Source: Takakia lepidozioides
Taxonomy: Eukaryota; Plantae; Bryophyta
Direction of reading: 5' to 3'
NCBI GenBank assembly: GCA_030704615.1
Contig: CM060731.1
Span: 37,510,001-37,574,000, forward strand
Length of the DNA: 64,000 bases
Position numbers and translations under genes: made by a program. Below the pieces are notes generated by a model that saw only the letters and a program-made list of their open reading frames with translations, was not told where the DNA came from and did not search any database. The first letter of the stretch is position 1; each line of letters starts with the position of its first letter. Below, in pieces: positions 11,860 to 25,068 of this stretch.

Positions 11860-13616
11860 CTACCAAGACCAATTTGATCGACAGTTTTCCTTGTCATTAC
11901 CATGATAATAACCAGCACCGTTGCTACCAATAACCCAAGTAATTGATAATCCTTCGTACCATACTCCAGCGGCTTGCCATGAGTGAGTGTGATAGAGCCC
12001 TGCTAAATCGGTATATGTAGCCGTACAAGTAATCGTCGATGCGGCCGTCCCCCAGTTGATATTTACGTTCTTTTCCATGGATGGAAGAAGAATCTGCAAT
12101 GCTCGTGATTAAAATTATCACGAGGAAAAATGCAGCAAGATGTGATTTTTCGTGTACAATAGCTACAAACTACAAGGTTTATAATATCTAGCTTACAATG
12201 TATCACACATTTGAATTTTTATTTTTATTCTTAAGAGAGGGGAAAAAGACAATGTGATCCGAAATGAATTAGAAAACATGCTTAGGAGAAAATAATAATA
12301 ATAATAATAATAATAAACCGTGTAAAGTCAAAAACTATATCTCATGAAAATATGGTAGTTTCTCAAATCTAGCCACCACCAAGAAAAACCTGTAAGTGCC
12401 TAGTAGTCATTTGTTTTTCTTTCAAAAATCCAATCCTTAAACTGAAAAAACCTTTTAATTTTGTTGAAAAGAAACACAATTTTAAAATTCTGACCGCACA
12501 TTAGGTGCATATCATACCTACCTGCTAAATGGATCTGCCAATTTGTAAGGCATTCAAGTAAAAATTGAGAAAAAACCCACCTTTGCAAAGTAGACCCATT
12601 TTTGGGCCGCACACCCCTGATGGAACGGCTAATGCTTCCTACCCCAGTGCTTAAAATAATTTGTTTTAGCAAAGGAGTGGCCAAAATACCTATCATAATC
12701 CAATAGGTTCACTATCAATAAGTTCAATCAGTTTAATAAACGCCCTTCAGGCTATAACTTGCACCACGTGCATCTATCATATTTAAGCAATTTCGCACAT
12801 CAGAAATGCTGGAAAATAAAAGAAATTAAGAAAATCCGGAAATTACAAATGGGACTTCATATTCTGAAGATTTGGGTGATGAGATGATTTCCAAATCAAT
12901 TGAATCTGCTCTCAAACTATCCTTGGTGGGATCTTGCATCCAATCCAAAAAATAAAATGCAATCCGAGCAGAAGGTGGGATAATAACACTTGGTCATAGC
13001 AGACTAGGTAAATATTGTGGAAGACGTTTTCTCATGTATGAAGAGAGTTTTCTCACATGCCAGGGGATGCTAAATTCTTACACCACAAAACTAGACTTCT
13101 CTTCCTTTGATTTGGAAAATTGAAATGCTCAACGAAAAATCCTACAAATCATGCATTGGATTCTTATCCGTCAGGTGATGGCATCAGCAGCTCAAAATTT
13201 TGGATCATTTCATTCAAATATGAGAAAACCACACCAGAAAAACAAACAACAAAGACCCAAAACAAGCCGAATGGCTACTTAAGGGTTAAAATAGAGTATG
13301 CATTATTCTGAAAAAATTACAAGTCAAGAATTGACACTCATGTTCAACTTGTTAAACAATGAACAAGAAAAATTATAAGGTGATATTCAGGAATGGGATA
13401 GAAAATTCTTACAAATGATGAGGTCGTACGTGCAGGATTATCTAATATGCAAGTAACACTCAACGTGTAACTCATAGAATTAGTGATGTAGAGCGTGTAA
13501 TCGATTGCTGATACCAAGGAAAAACATCCAATAATGATGATTGGTAGAACAAAAGTGAACAATAATCTATCATTCTTATGTCCTGGTATAGGAGATAAAC
13601 CTTGCATTCTCGTCAT
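11860..13616 (-). CDS. Small secreted S-protein-homologue (SPH / Self-incomp_S1)-like protein, 2 exons (13616 or 13607-13413; 12093-11860)
   Basis: Hydrophobic signal peptide LLFTFVLPIIIIGCFSLVSA, then YTLYITNSMSYTLSVTC...SSF/ILLP...INWG...TITCTATY...ITWVIGSNGAGYY...NWSW*. Phase-0 GTAAG...TTGCAG intron joins the two ORFs in frame. The pattern IxN..LxVxC, T..C, WxI..xG.Y and terminal W resembles SPH. Confidence 0.65.
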
Positions 13617-14022
13617 TAGTATACACACATACACACTAAGAAGAAGATGATTTAATATATTAGAATTAATACTTAGATTTAATTCTGCACTCGTGTGCTC
13701 GTAGTGGGAGGAGGAAGAGAGAAGGACTCTTGCCGAAGCAAGCGTAACTCCACCGCAAAGGGCTTTTGCCTAATTGGGTTTGGAAGGTGCTTGCAGTAGT
13801 GGTTGAGCTTAGAGATATAATTCCAACCAAAATCTCTATAAATAACATCATCATCATCTTCTTCTTCTTCTTCTTCTTTTATTAGAGCATACAACTCACT
13901 TTTGACTTGGACTTTTTGGTCGAAATCGGGACCAAACTAGAAGTACGACAATATCACATGTTATTGAATAAATAAATAAATCATATTAAAATAATATATA
14001 TACAGTCTATTCAATCGTTTCA

Positions 14023-16393
14023 CTAGAACAAGCGGCTCGTCGCGCAATGGCTCATCTTTATGGTGACTACCTGTTAGAGTATTATGATGATGATATATTG
14101 GTAGCAAGGAATGTAATTAGGTTATTTAAAAGCAATAAATACATGACGTTTATGGTCCGTGCAATATGCTTCTGTAATGCTACATGCAGTGTTGATGATG
14201 TGCATTTGTCCAAACATGGTCTAGTTGAGATCCATAAATAGTAGTACTAATGGAAATTGGAGTTGCATATGAAAAGAAAAACATAAATTTTTGCAATTGA
14301 TTTATTGTTGAAGTATTATTTTATAAAATATCTACATTAAAAATCCCATATTATTATCATTGGGCATGTATGTGGGATATTATCAATGAGCTTTTTGGAA
14401 GAAGATAAGAAAATAATAAATTGTAGTGTTGGAGGTTTATAGACCGCAATAATATGAATTGTTTTTTTGGTATTCAAATTAAATGTTGCAGCTATATATT
14501 TCAGATTCCCGCTTAGCGTTTTTTTTAAGAAATTTGGAAAATAGCACGAGTGACTACAGAGTTTTGCAAAAACTAGCCGTACATTCTGTTCATCCACTGA
14601 CATTCATCCAGATCACTAATGTAATAAATTTATATCATTCATATTTGGCGAATACATCTATAATTTATCTTTTATTTGGAGAAGTTTGGTGATTTGATCC
14701 ATGAAAAAATAGGGAATTTGCGAAAGAATATTCCATTTTATTTTTTGACGTCAAAATTTGAACATCTCGATTACATATAGATTTAGAACAATTGAAGAAA
14801 AATTGGAGATTGCTAAATATGAGTAATTTTTATAGAATAAATATATTGACTAATTATAGTAATTTTTCAAATGATATGCAATAATTTCAAGAAGATAACA
14901 ACAATCCAACAACAAAATTGTATTAATATCTATACAATAAAGACTTAATCAATTGAGATTAAATTATTTAAAAAAACAAAATTAGTGCTTAATCTACAAC
15001 TCAATTGTTTTATGAAAATTAATTTTTCATTTGTATATAAATTGATGGATCTAAAGGGACCTGAAGGGATCTGAGATCTGAAAAAAACTAAAGGTTTTGA
15101 AAAAACTGTGGGTGTTATTGAATAAAATAAATCCTTTAATGATTAGATATCTAAAATAAAAACATTACCTACATTCATCTTAAAATATATGTATTATAAA
15201 TTTTGAAAAAAACTAAATATTGTTAAATATGAGTACTTTATTTTATGGAATAAATTTAATTTCAGTTTTTTTCTATGATATCTAATAACTTCAAAAATAT
15301 AACAACAAACCAACAACAAAACAAATTTATATTATAAAACATATCTTCATTTGCAATCGACATTTAAACTTTTAAAAATGACAATTAAAATATTTCGAAA
15401 TGTGATAGTGAACCACCAACAATGTCAAATTAATGTTGTGATTCAATGGTAGCAACTAAAATAGATGAAACTAATTTGAATCAAACTATCTAAACTGCAT
15501 CATAACGTATAATTTCAGGGTTGAGACTAAGTGCAAATGTGCCTCTCAATCGAATTTTCGAGAGCCGACCAAGTAAATGAAAATTCAGATTTTATATTCA
15601 TGAAACCAAACTTTTATCATTGTGAATCGGAATGAAGCTAACTAAAAGTACAACTTTAAAATCGTAATATCAAATCTGCATTTTCAAATCTGTCATTTTG
15701 TAAAATAAAAAATATAGGTTTAGAACTTATAATCAGGATGTCATCATGACCGATGCTGTCGACAACTTTCAGCTGACGCTACCAACCTCTTTTGACCTCA
15801 CTCTCGTGGTGGTTGTGATTTTGTCTAAGGCAGATTGACAGCAAGCATTATATTATCTGAGAAGACAAGATTACCTAAAAACAATGAAAACAAGGGAAAG
15901 AAATAGTAGCTAAAAAACTTGTGCTTGAGACCTTCTCTACTCACATAATGAGGAATGTGTCGTTGACAACAAAGTGTCAACTCCCTATTATAGTGTTATA
16001 CCTTCCCTAGATAACACCTTCTCTAAATGAACCTCTCCATAGTAGATACTTAAAGGTTATTAATAAATAATTGAATGAAGGGTCTTCCCCAAATAACACT
16101 TGCTCTAAATAAACCCCTCATAGATATTTGAAGGTTATTAATAAATAACTGAATATATATATATATATAAATAAAGGGCAATATTTCAGGATATGAGTCA
16201 TTCCCCAAATAACACATGCTCTAAATGAACCTCTCATAGATGATAGATACTTGAGGTTATTAATAAATAACTGAATATATATATATATAGAAGGGCCTTC
16301 CCCAAATAACACCTACTCTAAATGAACCTCTCATTTGATAATAGATACTTGAGGTTATTAATAAATAACTGAATATATATATATTTTAAAGGG
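14023..16393 (-). mobile_element. Helitron-like remnant carrying an APE-type endonuclease fragment (3' end CTAG at 14023-14026; 5' limit uncertain)
   Basis: Minus strand ends ...CTAG|T after a degenerate GC hairpin. Upstream frames give IIAVYKPP, IIIWDFNVD and TDHK (EEP/APE motifs). AT-rich body with a minisatellite. Confidence 0.55.
16000..16393. repeat. Degenerate AT-rich minisatellite (CTCTAAATGAACCTCTC...ATAGATACTTGAGGTTATTAATAAATAACTGAATATA)
   Basis: About four units here and further units at ~22870-23443. An inverted unit occurs at ~24300-24340. Confidence 0.85.
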
Positions 16394-17559
16394 CTTAGTG
16401 AGGTTTAGTGAGGTCGCGGCGACGCCACGCTAATTCGTCTGCGAGTTGCCTGTGCAGTTTGATTATTGATGTATTTCATATCATGCATCTTGCAGCCCCG
16501 TCTTGATGTCCAAGCTCGCAATCTTTTTGTTCAAGAGGCATACCGATGCGGGTTTTTTCTTTCTTACAAGGCCCATCATGTTCCGGATGTAACAATTTTT
16601 TTCTCGCAACATGACATAGATGCAGTGTGTGAGGTAATAAGGTACGATGCGTGTTTCTCTATTTTTGGGCACCGGGTCATGCGCTTGCCACCTGTGCACA
16701 TACATTCGTCATCCTCGACATCGCCACCCCCATCATCACCATCATTCCCATCTTCCATTCCTCATGTTGTGCATGTTCTTTCCTCATCACTATCGTCATC
16801 ACGGCCATCTCGGCCGGTACTACCTTCACGTGAGATTATTTTTTAGCTCATAGTTGATCAGAGAGATATATTTTAGAGTACATGCTGGTTCCAATGCTTG
16901 AGAAAAACGTTGTGACTACTGAGGCTACATCATTCTGAGCCACTCCACAGTTGTTAGCAATGTAGAAGCTGTTACTTTGGACACTTGTGTATGGAGGCTC
17001 AACATTGTATACAAGGTGTTGTACGTATTATTCCATTTAAATGTAATACACTCTAGTTCATCATGGCTGTCTTGGACTATACAACAGTTTCTTTCTATTG
17101 TATCCCTTCATTATTTAGAGAACCCCTCACTATGATAATTAGATTCACGGCCAAGAAGACTATAGGGCATCCATGGTTTTTTTCATGATCTCAACCATAG
17201 AAGTCACCACTGCATGTTGATTGTCTATAGCAGCAACAATATTGGCTTCATTGTCGAGAAGCTAATAAAACATCTCTACAATTTTATCATTCTTAATGCA
17301 CTCGAAGAATATGAGACCACCGAAGCCTATCACCTCCCACGCCTATCTGTCCTTTCGCAGCTTTGGCATCAAATAACTCATCAAGCGTGTTGTCACTAAG
17401 GCTCGTATTTTATTATTATTATTATTATTTTTAATGGCTAAACGACATGTGAAGTTATGGAGTGCGATGATTGCAAGAGGAGAAGATGCGAAGACTTATT
17501 ACAACCAGGTCACATTCGTTTTTTTTTAAGGCAAGCGTGGTAGCTTTTGAAAGTAAAAA

Positions 17560-17900
17560 AAACGTACATTTGGACATTATGAAAGCTGAAATTGTGCAAG
17601 ATATCATTCTGAACTATACACTGATGGACATGTCTGCCAAATGCTGGAGCATCGAGGATGTAAGACGAGTGTTCGACAGGATGGGTGATTGAACTAAGGT
17701 GTCATGGAGTGCAACAATTGTAGGTATGCCCACTGTGGTTGTCGTAAGGATGCCCTGCACCTATTCGACGGGATGCAAAAGAAAAATTTAAAGTCGAATA
17801 CTATCATATTTACATGTAGCAAAATGAAGGCGTTGCTATCGAACAAGTATGCTGCAGCTGGCAGGTTGGGTGAGACTGCAATCTTGAGAAGTCTGCAAGG
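17560..17900 (+). pseudogene. Degenerate PLS/E-class PPR fragment
   Basis: TLMDMSAKCWSIEDVRRVFDRM, YAHCGCRKDALHLFDGMQKKNLKSNTIIF and LLSNKYAAAGR, with stops and frameshifts. Confidence 0.7.
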
Positions 17901-18945
17901 AGGCAATGCAAGCTTAAGGTCGGTAACGGAGTTCACACAACCGCCAGTTTCAACGATGCATAGGCGATGGAGCCACCTATTTCTGCCCCCATGAGCGAAA
18001 ATAGTCTGGGGCTTATAAAGATTTGCATATAAGTGTTTTTTGTCTCACTTTCTCATTTTTGTTGTTGTACCTTATAGTTGTATACTTTAGACTCTTTATC
18101 TAGTATTACACATACTGCTAGGTTTCTCTAATGTATGTTTTCTCTTCTATAAGAGATAGATTATTGTTCTTATTTTTTACGGTGAAACATTCTCAATCAT
18201 ACACTTTCGTCATTTGCATATCTTTGCAGTTGTGCTTTAGAACGTCTAAGAAAGGGATGAAAGAATGGGGATGAATGCAAACAATATGAGGATTAGATAA
18301 TGGGATTGTGACTATAAGTAGGAACATAGAAGGGGATCCAAGAAGCTGGAAGAACCTATCTTTAAAATACAATTGAAACATTAATGTATATGATCACTAC
18401 ATGTCATAAAATTTAATTAGTGTCCGTCATTGTACCACTCCAAAATCATTTTAATTACTTATGCACATCAGTAAGTGTGCTGCTAAACAAACACAAAAAA
18501 GAGACAAAGATAACATAGTGGCGGCCCAATCCATTAAGTAGTAGAGAGCCACCATTTCTGCCCACCGCTATCTAAATAAAAACCATGATGAGAGGTGGAT
18601 AACAAATATGATGGTTGGGTGTTATACCCTCTACCTCCATAATACTTGTCACTCCATCCATCAAGATCACTTTTAGTTTTTATGCAATCACCTACTTACT
18701 AAAAACGTCTACTCTAAGTGCATGCCTCATATCATATGCTAACACTAGTCAGACATTGTTACATGCACCTTGGGCCCCTTGATCCCCCACTTGAGTGAAA
18801 GTCTATAATTTGTTTTCATCATCACCACCTTCCATCCTTTGTGACCATTTCCATTGAAGTTGATTCACAATTCACAACATCAAGCTAAATTTGGTCTATC
18901 ACATTATTTTTCACTTTTGAACCTAGATATCACATGGTTCACAAC

Positions 18946-20730
18946 CTACCAAGACCAATTTGATCGACAATTTTCCTTGTCATTACCATGATAATAACCA
19001 GCACCGTTGGTATCAATTTCCCAAGTAATTGATAATCCTTGGTACCATACTCCAGCGGCTTGTCATGTGTGAGTGTGATAGAACCCTATTGAATCGGTAT
19101 ATGTAGCCGTACAAGTAATCGTCGATGCGGCCATTCCCCAGTTGATATTTACGTTGTTTTGCATGGATGGATGAAGAATCTGCAATGCTCGTGATTGAAA
19201 TTGTCATGAGGAAAAATGCAGCAAAGATGTGATTTTTCGTGTACAAGAGCTACAAACTACAAGGTTTATAATATCTAGCTTACAATGTATCACACATTTG
19301 AATTTTGATTTTTATTCTTAGGAGAGGGGAAAAAGACAATGTGATCCGAAATGAATTAGAAAACATGTTTATGAGAAAATAATAATAATAATAATAATAA
19401 TAATAAACCATGTAAAGTCAATGAAGATATGGTAGTTTCTCAAAACTAGCCACCACCAAGAAAAACCTGTTAGTGCCTAGTAGTCATTTGTTTTTCTTTC
19501 AAAAATCCAAATCCTTAAACTGAAAAAACCTTCTAATTTTGTGAAAAAAATAACACAATTTTAAAATTCTGACCGCACATTAGGTGCATACCATACATAC
19601 CTCCTAAATGGATCTGCCAATTTGTAAGGCATTCAAGTAAAAATTGAGAAAAACCCCACCCTTGCAAAGTAGGCCCATTTTTGGGCCGCATACCCCTGAT
19701 GGAACCGCCAACCCTTCCTACCCCAGTGCTTAAAATAATTTGTTTTAGCAAAGGAGTGGCCAAAATACCTATCATAATCCAATAGATTCACTAAGTTCAA
19801 TAATGTGGGTCTAAGCCCCTTAAATCAATAAGTTCAATCAGTTTAATAAACGCCCTTCAGGCTATAACTTGCACCACGTGCATCTATCATATTTAAACAA
19901 TTTCGCACATCAGAAATGCTGGAAAATAAAAGAAACTAAAACAATCCGGAAATTACAAATAGGACTTCTTAATCTGAAGATTTGGGTGATGAGATGATTT
20001 CCAAATGAATTGAATCTGCTCTCAATCTATCCTTGGTAGGATCTTGCATCCAATCCAAAAAACAAAATGCATTCCGAGCACAAGATAGCATAATAACACT
20101 TGGTCATAGCAGCCTGGGTAAATATTGTGGAAGACGTTTTCTCATGTAGGAAGAGAATTTTCTCACATGCCAGGGGATGCTAAATTCTTACACCACAAAA
20201 CTAGACTTCTCCTCCTTTGATTTGGAAAATTGAAATGCTCAACGAAAAATCCTACAAATCACGCATTGGATTCTTATCCGTCAGGTGGATGGCATCAGCA
20301 GCTCAAAATTTTGGATCATTTGATTGAAATATGAGAAAACCACACCAGAAAAACAAACAACAAAGACCCAAAACAAGCCGAAATGACCACTTAAGGGTTA
20401 AAATAGAGTATGCATTATTCTGATAAAATTACAAGTCGTGAATTGGCCTAAATGCACTCATGTTCAACTTGTTAAATAATGAACAAGAAAAATTATGAGG
20501 TGATATTCAGGAATGGGATAGATAATTCTTACAAATGATGAGGTCGTACGTGCAGAATATCTGCAAGTAACACTCAATGTGTAATTCATAGTATTAGTGA
20601 TGTAGAGCGTGTAATCGACTGTTGATACTAAGGAGAGACATCCAATAGTGATGATTGGTAGAACAAAAGTGAACAATAATCTATCATTCTTATGTCCTGG
20701 TATAGGAGATAAACCTTGCATTCTCGTCAT
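18946..20730 (-). pseudogene. Second SPH-like gene copy with premature TGA (TGG>TGA at 19063-19065); exons 20730-20533, 19179-18946
   Basis: Same splice sites as copy 1. Exon 2 reads ...YHTHT*QAAGVWYQG...NWSW*. Confidence 0.7.
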
Positions 20731-21141
20731 TAGTACACACACATACACACTAAGAAGAAGATGATTTAATATATTAGAATTAATATTTAGATTCAATTCT
20801 GCACTCGTGTGCTCGTAGTGGGAGGAGGAAGAGAGAAGGACTCTTGCCGAAGTAAGCGTAACTCCACCGCAAAGGGCTTTTGCCTAATTGGGTTTGGAAG
20901 GCGTTTACAGTAGTGCATATGTTGAGCTTACAGATATAATTCCAACCAAAATCTCTATAAATAACATCATCATCATCATTTTCATCTTCTTCTTCTTTTA
21001 TTACAGCACACAACTCACTTTTGACTTGGACTTTTTGGTCGAAATCGGGACCAAACTTGAAGTACGACAATATCAAATGTTATTGAATAAATAAATAAAT
21101 CATATTAAAATAATATATATACAGTCTATTCAATCGTTTCA

Positions 21142-23443
21142 CTAGAAACAAGCGGCTCGTCGTACAATGGCTCATCTTTATGGTGACTACCTATTAGAGT
21201 ATTATGATGATGATATATATTGGTAGCAAGGAATGTAATTAGGTTATTTAAAAACAATAAATACAAGATGCAATATGCTTATGTAATGCTACATGCAGTG
21301 TTGATGATGTGCATTTGTCCAAACATGGTCTAGTTGAGATCCATAAATAGTAGTACTAATTGGAAATTGGAGTTGCATGTGAAAAGGAAAACATGAATTT
21401 TTGCAATTGATTTATTGTTACGGGTTAAAATAACGATGTTCCCGATGGTATATAAATTGATGAATCTAAAGGGACCTGAAGGGATCTAAGATCTTAATAA
21501 AAACTACAAGTTTTGAAAAGTTGAAAAATATGGATAATACTAGACTGAAAAATTTCTTTAATAAATAAATATCTAAATTAAAATAAACACTTACATCTCG
21601 ATTACATATAGATTTAGAACAATTGAAGAAAAATTGGAGATTGCTAAATATGAGTATTTTTTATAGAATAAATATATTGACTAATTATAGTAATTTTTCA
21701 AATGATATGCAATAATTTCAAGAAGATAACAACAATTCAACAACAAAATTGTATTAATTTCAAAAGATTGAAAATATCTATACAATAAAGACTTAATATA
21801 TTGAGATTAAATTATTTAAAAATAAAACAAAATTAGTGCTTAATCTACAACTCCATTGTTTTTATGAAAATTAATTTTTCATTTGTATATAAATTGATGG
21901 ATCTAAAGGGACCTGAAGGGATCTGAGATCTGAAAAAAACTAAAGATTTTGAAAAAAATGTGGGTATTATTGAACAAAATAAATCCTTTAATGATTAGAT
22001 ATCTAAAGTAAAAACATTACCTACATTCATCTTAAAATGTATGTATTATAAATTAAAAACATTAAATACTGTTAGATATGAGTACTTTATTTTATGGAAT
22101 AAATTTAATTACAGTTTTTTATAAATGATATCTAATAACTTCAAAAATATAACAACAAATGAACAACGAAATGAATTTATAATATAAAACAGATCTTCAT
22201 TTGCAATCGACATTTAAACTTAAAAAAACGACAATTAAAATATTTTGAAATGTGATAGTGAACCACTAACAATGTCAAAGTTAATTTTATGTTTAATGTT
22301 GTGATTCAATGGTAGCAACTAAAATAGATGAAACTAATTTGAATCAAATTATCTAAATTGCATCATAAGGTATAATTTCAGGGACGAGATTAAGTGCAAA
22401 TGTGCCTCTCAATTGAATTTTCGAGAGCCGACCAAGTAAATGAAAATTCAGACTTTATATTCATGAACCAAACTTTTATTATTGTGAATCGGAAGGAAGC
22501 TTACTAAAAGTACAACTTTAAAATCGCAATCTCAAATCCGCATTTTCAAATCTGTCATTTTGTAAAATCAAAAACATAGGTTTAGAACTTACAATCAGGA
22601 TGTCATCAGGACCGATGCTGTCGACAACTTTCAGCTCATACTTGCTGTCAATCTGCCCTCAGAAAAAATCACAACCATCGCGAGAGTGAGGTCAAAAGAG
22701 GTTGGTAGCGTCGCACAACCATCATATTATCTGAGAAGACAAGATAAAAACACAATGAAAACAAGATAAAAGAAATAGTAGCTAAACAACATGTGCTTGA
22801 GACCTTCTCTACTCACATAATGAGGAATGTGTCACTGACAACAAAGTGTCAACTCCCTATTATAGTGTTATACCTTCCCTTAGATAACCTTCTCTAAATG
22901 AACCTCTCCTAGGATAGTAGATACTTAAAAGGTTATTAATAAATAACTGAATATATATATTTTAAAGGTAATATTTCACGATGTGAGTATAATGTAGTGG
23001 TATGTCAACTCCCTATAACACCTACCCTAGATAACACCTACTTCCTGGGATAATAGATACTTGAACGTTATTAATAAATAACCATATATATATATTTTAA
23101 AGGGTAATGTTTCAAGAGGTGAGTATACTGTAGTGATCTTTTCCGGATTGCACCAGCTCTAAATGAACCTCTCCTCGGATAATATATACTTGAACGTTAT
23201 TAATAAATAATTGAATACATATAAAGGGCCTTCCCCAGATAACTTGCTCTAAATGAACCTCCTTGGATAACAGATACTTGAAGGTTATTAATAAATAACT
23301 GAATATATATATATATATATATATAAGTGTAATATTTCAGGATGTGCTGTAGCGGCATTCCCCAGATAACACCTGCTCTAAATGAGATAATAGATACTTG
23401 AAGGTTATTAATAAATAGCTGAATATATGTATATTTTAAAGGG
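21142..23443 (-). mobile_element. Duplicated Helitron-like remnant (internally deleted)
   Basis: CTAG terminus at 21142-21145, homologous to 14023-16393. Confidence 0.5.
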
Positions 23444-24489
23444 TTTTTGAAAAATAAAAAACCAAACACTGAAATTACACATAAAGAACGGCTGCCAACC
23501 TCAAACCAACAGTTAAAACTAGTTTTTTAATTTTTTTACTAGAAAGGACGAAATATTTTTATTTTATTTTTTTGAAAAGGGAAGGTAGCCCTTTAGCTTA
23601 GCCAGTGATCTGCATCCTACGAATTAATTTCCATATTTGATGCCTACATTTGTGATAAACTATTAAGACTCCCATGTTGCAAAAGATAATAATAAATAAG
23701 AAGTATCGAGTCTCGAGTTATTAAGCCTTTCTATGAATGCTCCCTGGACATAATAAGTATATACTCAATCATGCATTGACATATGGCTGCCAGGATATTG
23801 CACTGCCATGTTTAATGTGGTTCATATTGACGCTTTTTATCCACATCCTTGTTTCATCCGTCATTATAGTGTTGTCTAGGATTGCTTTCCATCCCTGGCA
23901 AGACCGTTTTCCATCCCTAAAAAAAGAGGGTTAAACTCATCCACTTTGAAACTGCAGAGAGTCGAGACACAGAATAACCTGAAGGGATGTAGTTCCGTCA
24001 CATGTCCGGAAGGACCTTTGACTTCATCCAATGAGAGCCGATGAGTAGAGGAAGTGTAAGGCCCTACATAAAGTGTGCATTACACGATGGTGGGTCTGCA
24101 ACCGACCATGCCTTCACTGTCCGACTGACCCACATCCCCCATTATTTCAATCCACTATCAACATTTTGCCTCAAATAACCATATAAATTACCTCCATCCA
24201 GGTAATTTTGTATCACCCATTTTTAAATAGTTCTGACTTATTTTGATGGCAGTCGTCCCTAGTTCTTTCATAATTTGCAAGTTTCCCGGGTGTCATATGA
24301 GGAGAGGTTCATTTAGGGCAGGTGTTATCTGGGGAAGGTGTAATAGGAAGTTGTGATGTTAATGTTGACAAGTTTATTCACTTTAATTTGGTAATAGTCA
24401 AGCTGCTCAAATCACTCATCATCCGATATCTTTTTTATAAAAAAAATATTAAATTGGAGATCACTTTAAATTTGCTCAATGAAAGAGTA

Positions 24490-25068
24490 TCTTGTTGTTT
24501 TTGTAGCTAATTAACACATAACTGTCTACACCTCTTTGATAGACAAAATTATTGACAACACACGATTAGCAATGCTATAAGACCTTTACAAAATAACAAT
24601 TAACGCCTAAGGCCTAAACACTTAATTGTGTGTTCTTCATAGAGATTGCCAACACATGCAAACTTACAAAATTTGATACTAAACCTGCACAGAATGACCA
24701 ACTGAATATGCCCAATAATAGGCTATCTTGATGTAACATCTGTAAAATTTAATTAACATATGAGTGTGTTTTTGACATTATTAGCACACATGTCAACTAA
24801 CTTAAGAAAAACTCTACTACCAAACCTATAAATATTCCTAATAAAATAGATTCTTGTTGTTCTTGTATTTGATTATTTAATACAGTACGTGAGTGTGTTT
24901 TGATAGACATTGTCAACATCCCTAGAAACCTAACCCGCTGACAATGACCAGCTAAAAATACCCTATAATAAGCTAATAGATTTTTGTTGTTCCCGCAACT
25001 AATTAATTTATACACCTAAGAGTATTCTTGTGAGCATGTTCTTTATAGACATTGTCAACACACACTTA
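24490..25068. repeat. Degenerate tandem repeat that was the retrotransposon target (last unit continues at 36836-36860)
   Basis: Recurrent GTGTGTT...ATAGACATTGTCAACA.C.. units. Unit at 24903 reads ATAGACATTGTCAACATCCCTAGAAACCTAA, and the rejoined flanks read ATAGACATTGTCAACACACACTTAGAAACCTAA. Confidence 0.65.

Larger units (their letters stand above)
10912..16393 (+). repeat. Segmental duplication, copy 1 (~5.5 kb)
   Basis: Collinear, highly similar to 17992-23443 from TGAGCGAAA.TAGTCTGGGGC to ATATTTTAAAGGG. Confidence 0.95.
17992..23443 (+). repeat. Segmental duplication, copy 2
   Basis: Homologous to 10912-16393. Lacks most of the endonuclease fragment and has a 72-bp inversion. Confidence 0.95.

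Noticed and set aside
16000-16393. CRISPR-like repeat/spacer array
   Set aside because: Eukaryotic context, degenerate variable-length units, no unique spacers and no cas genes.
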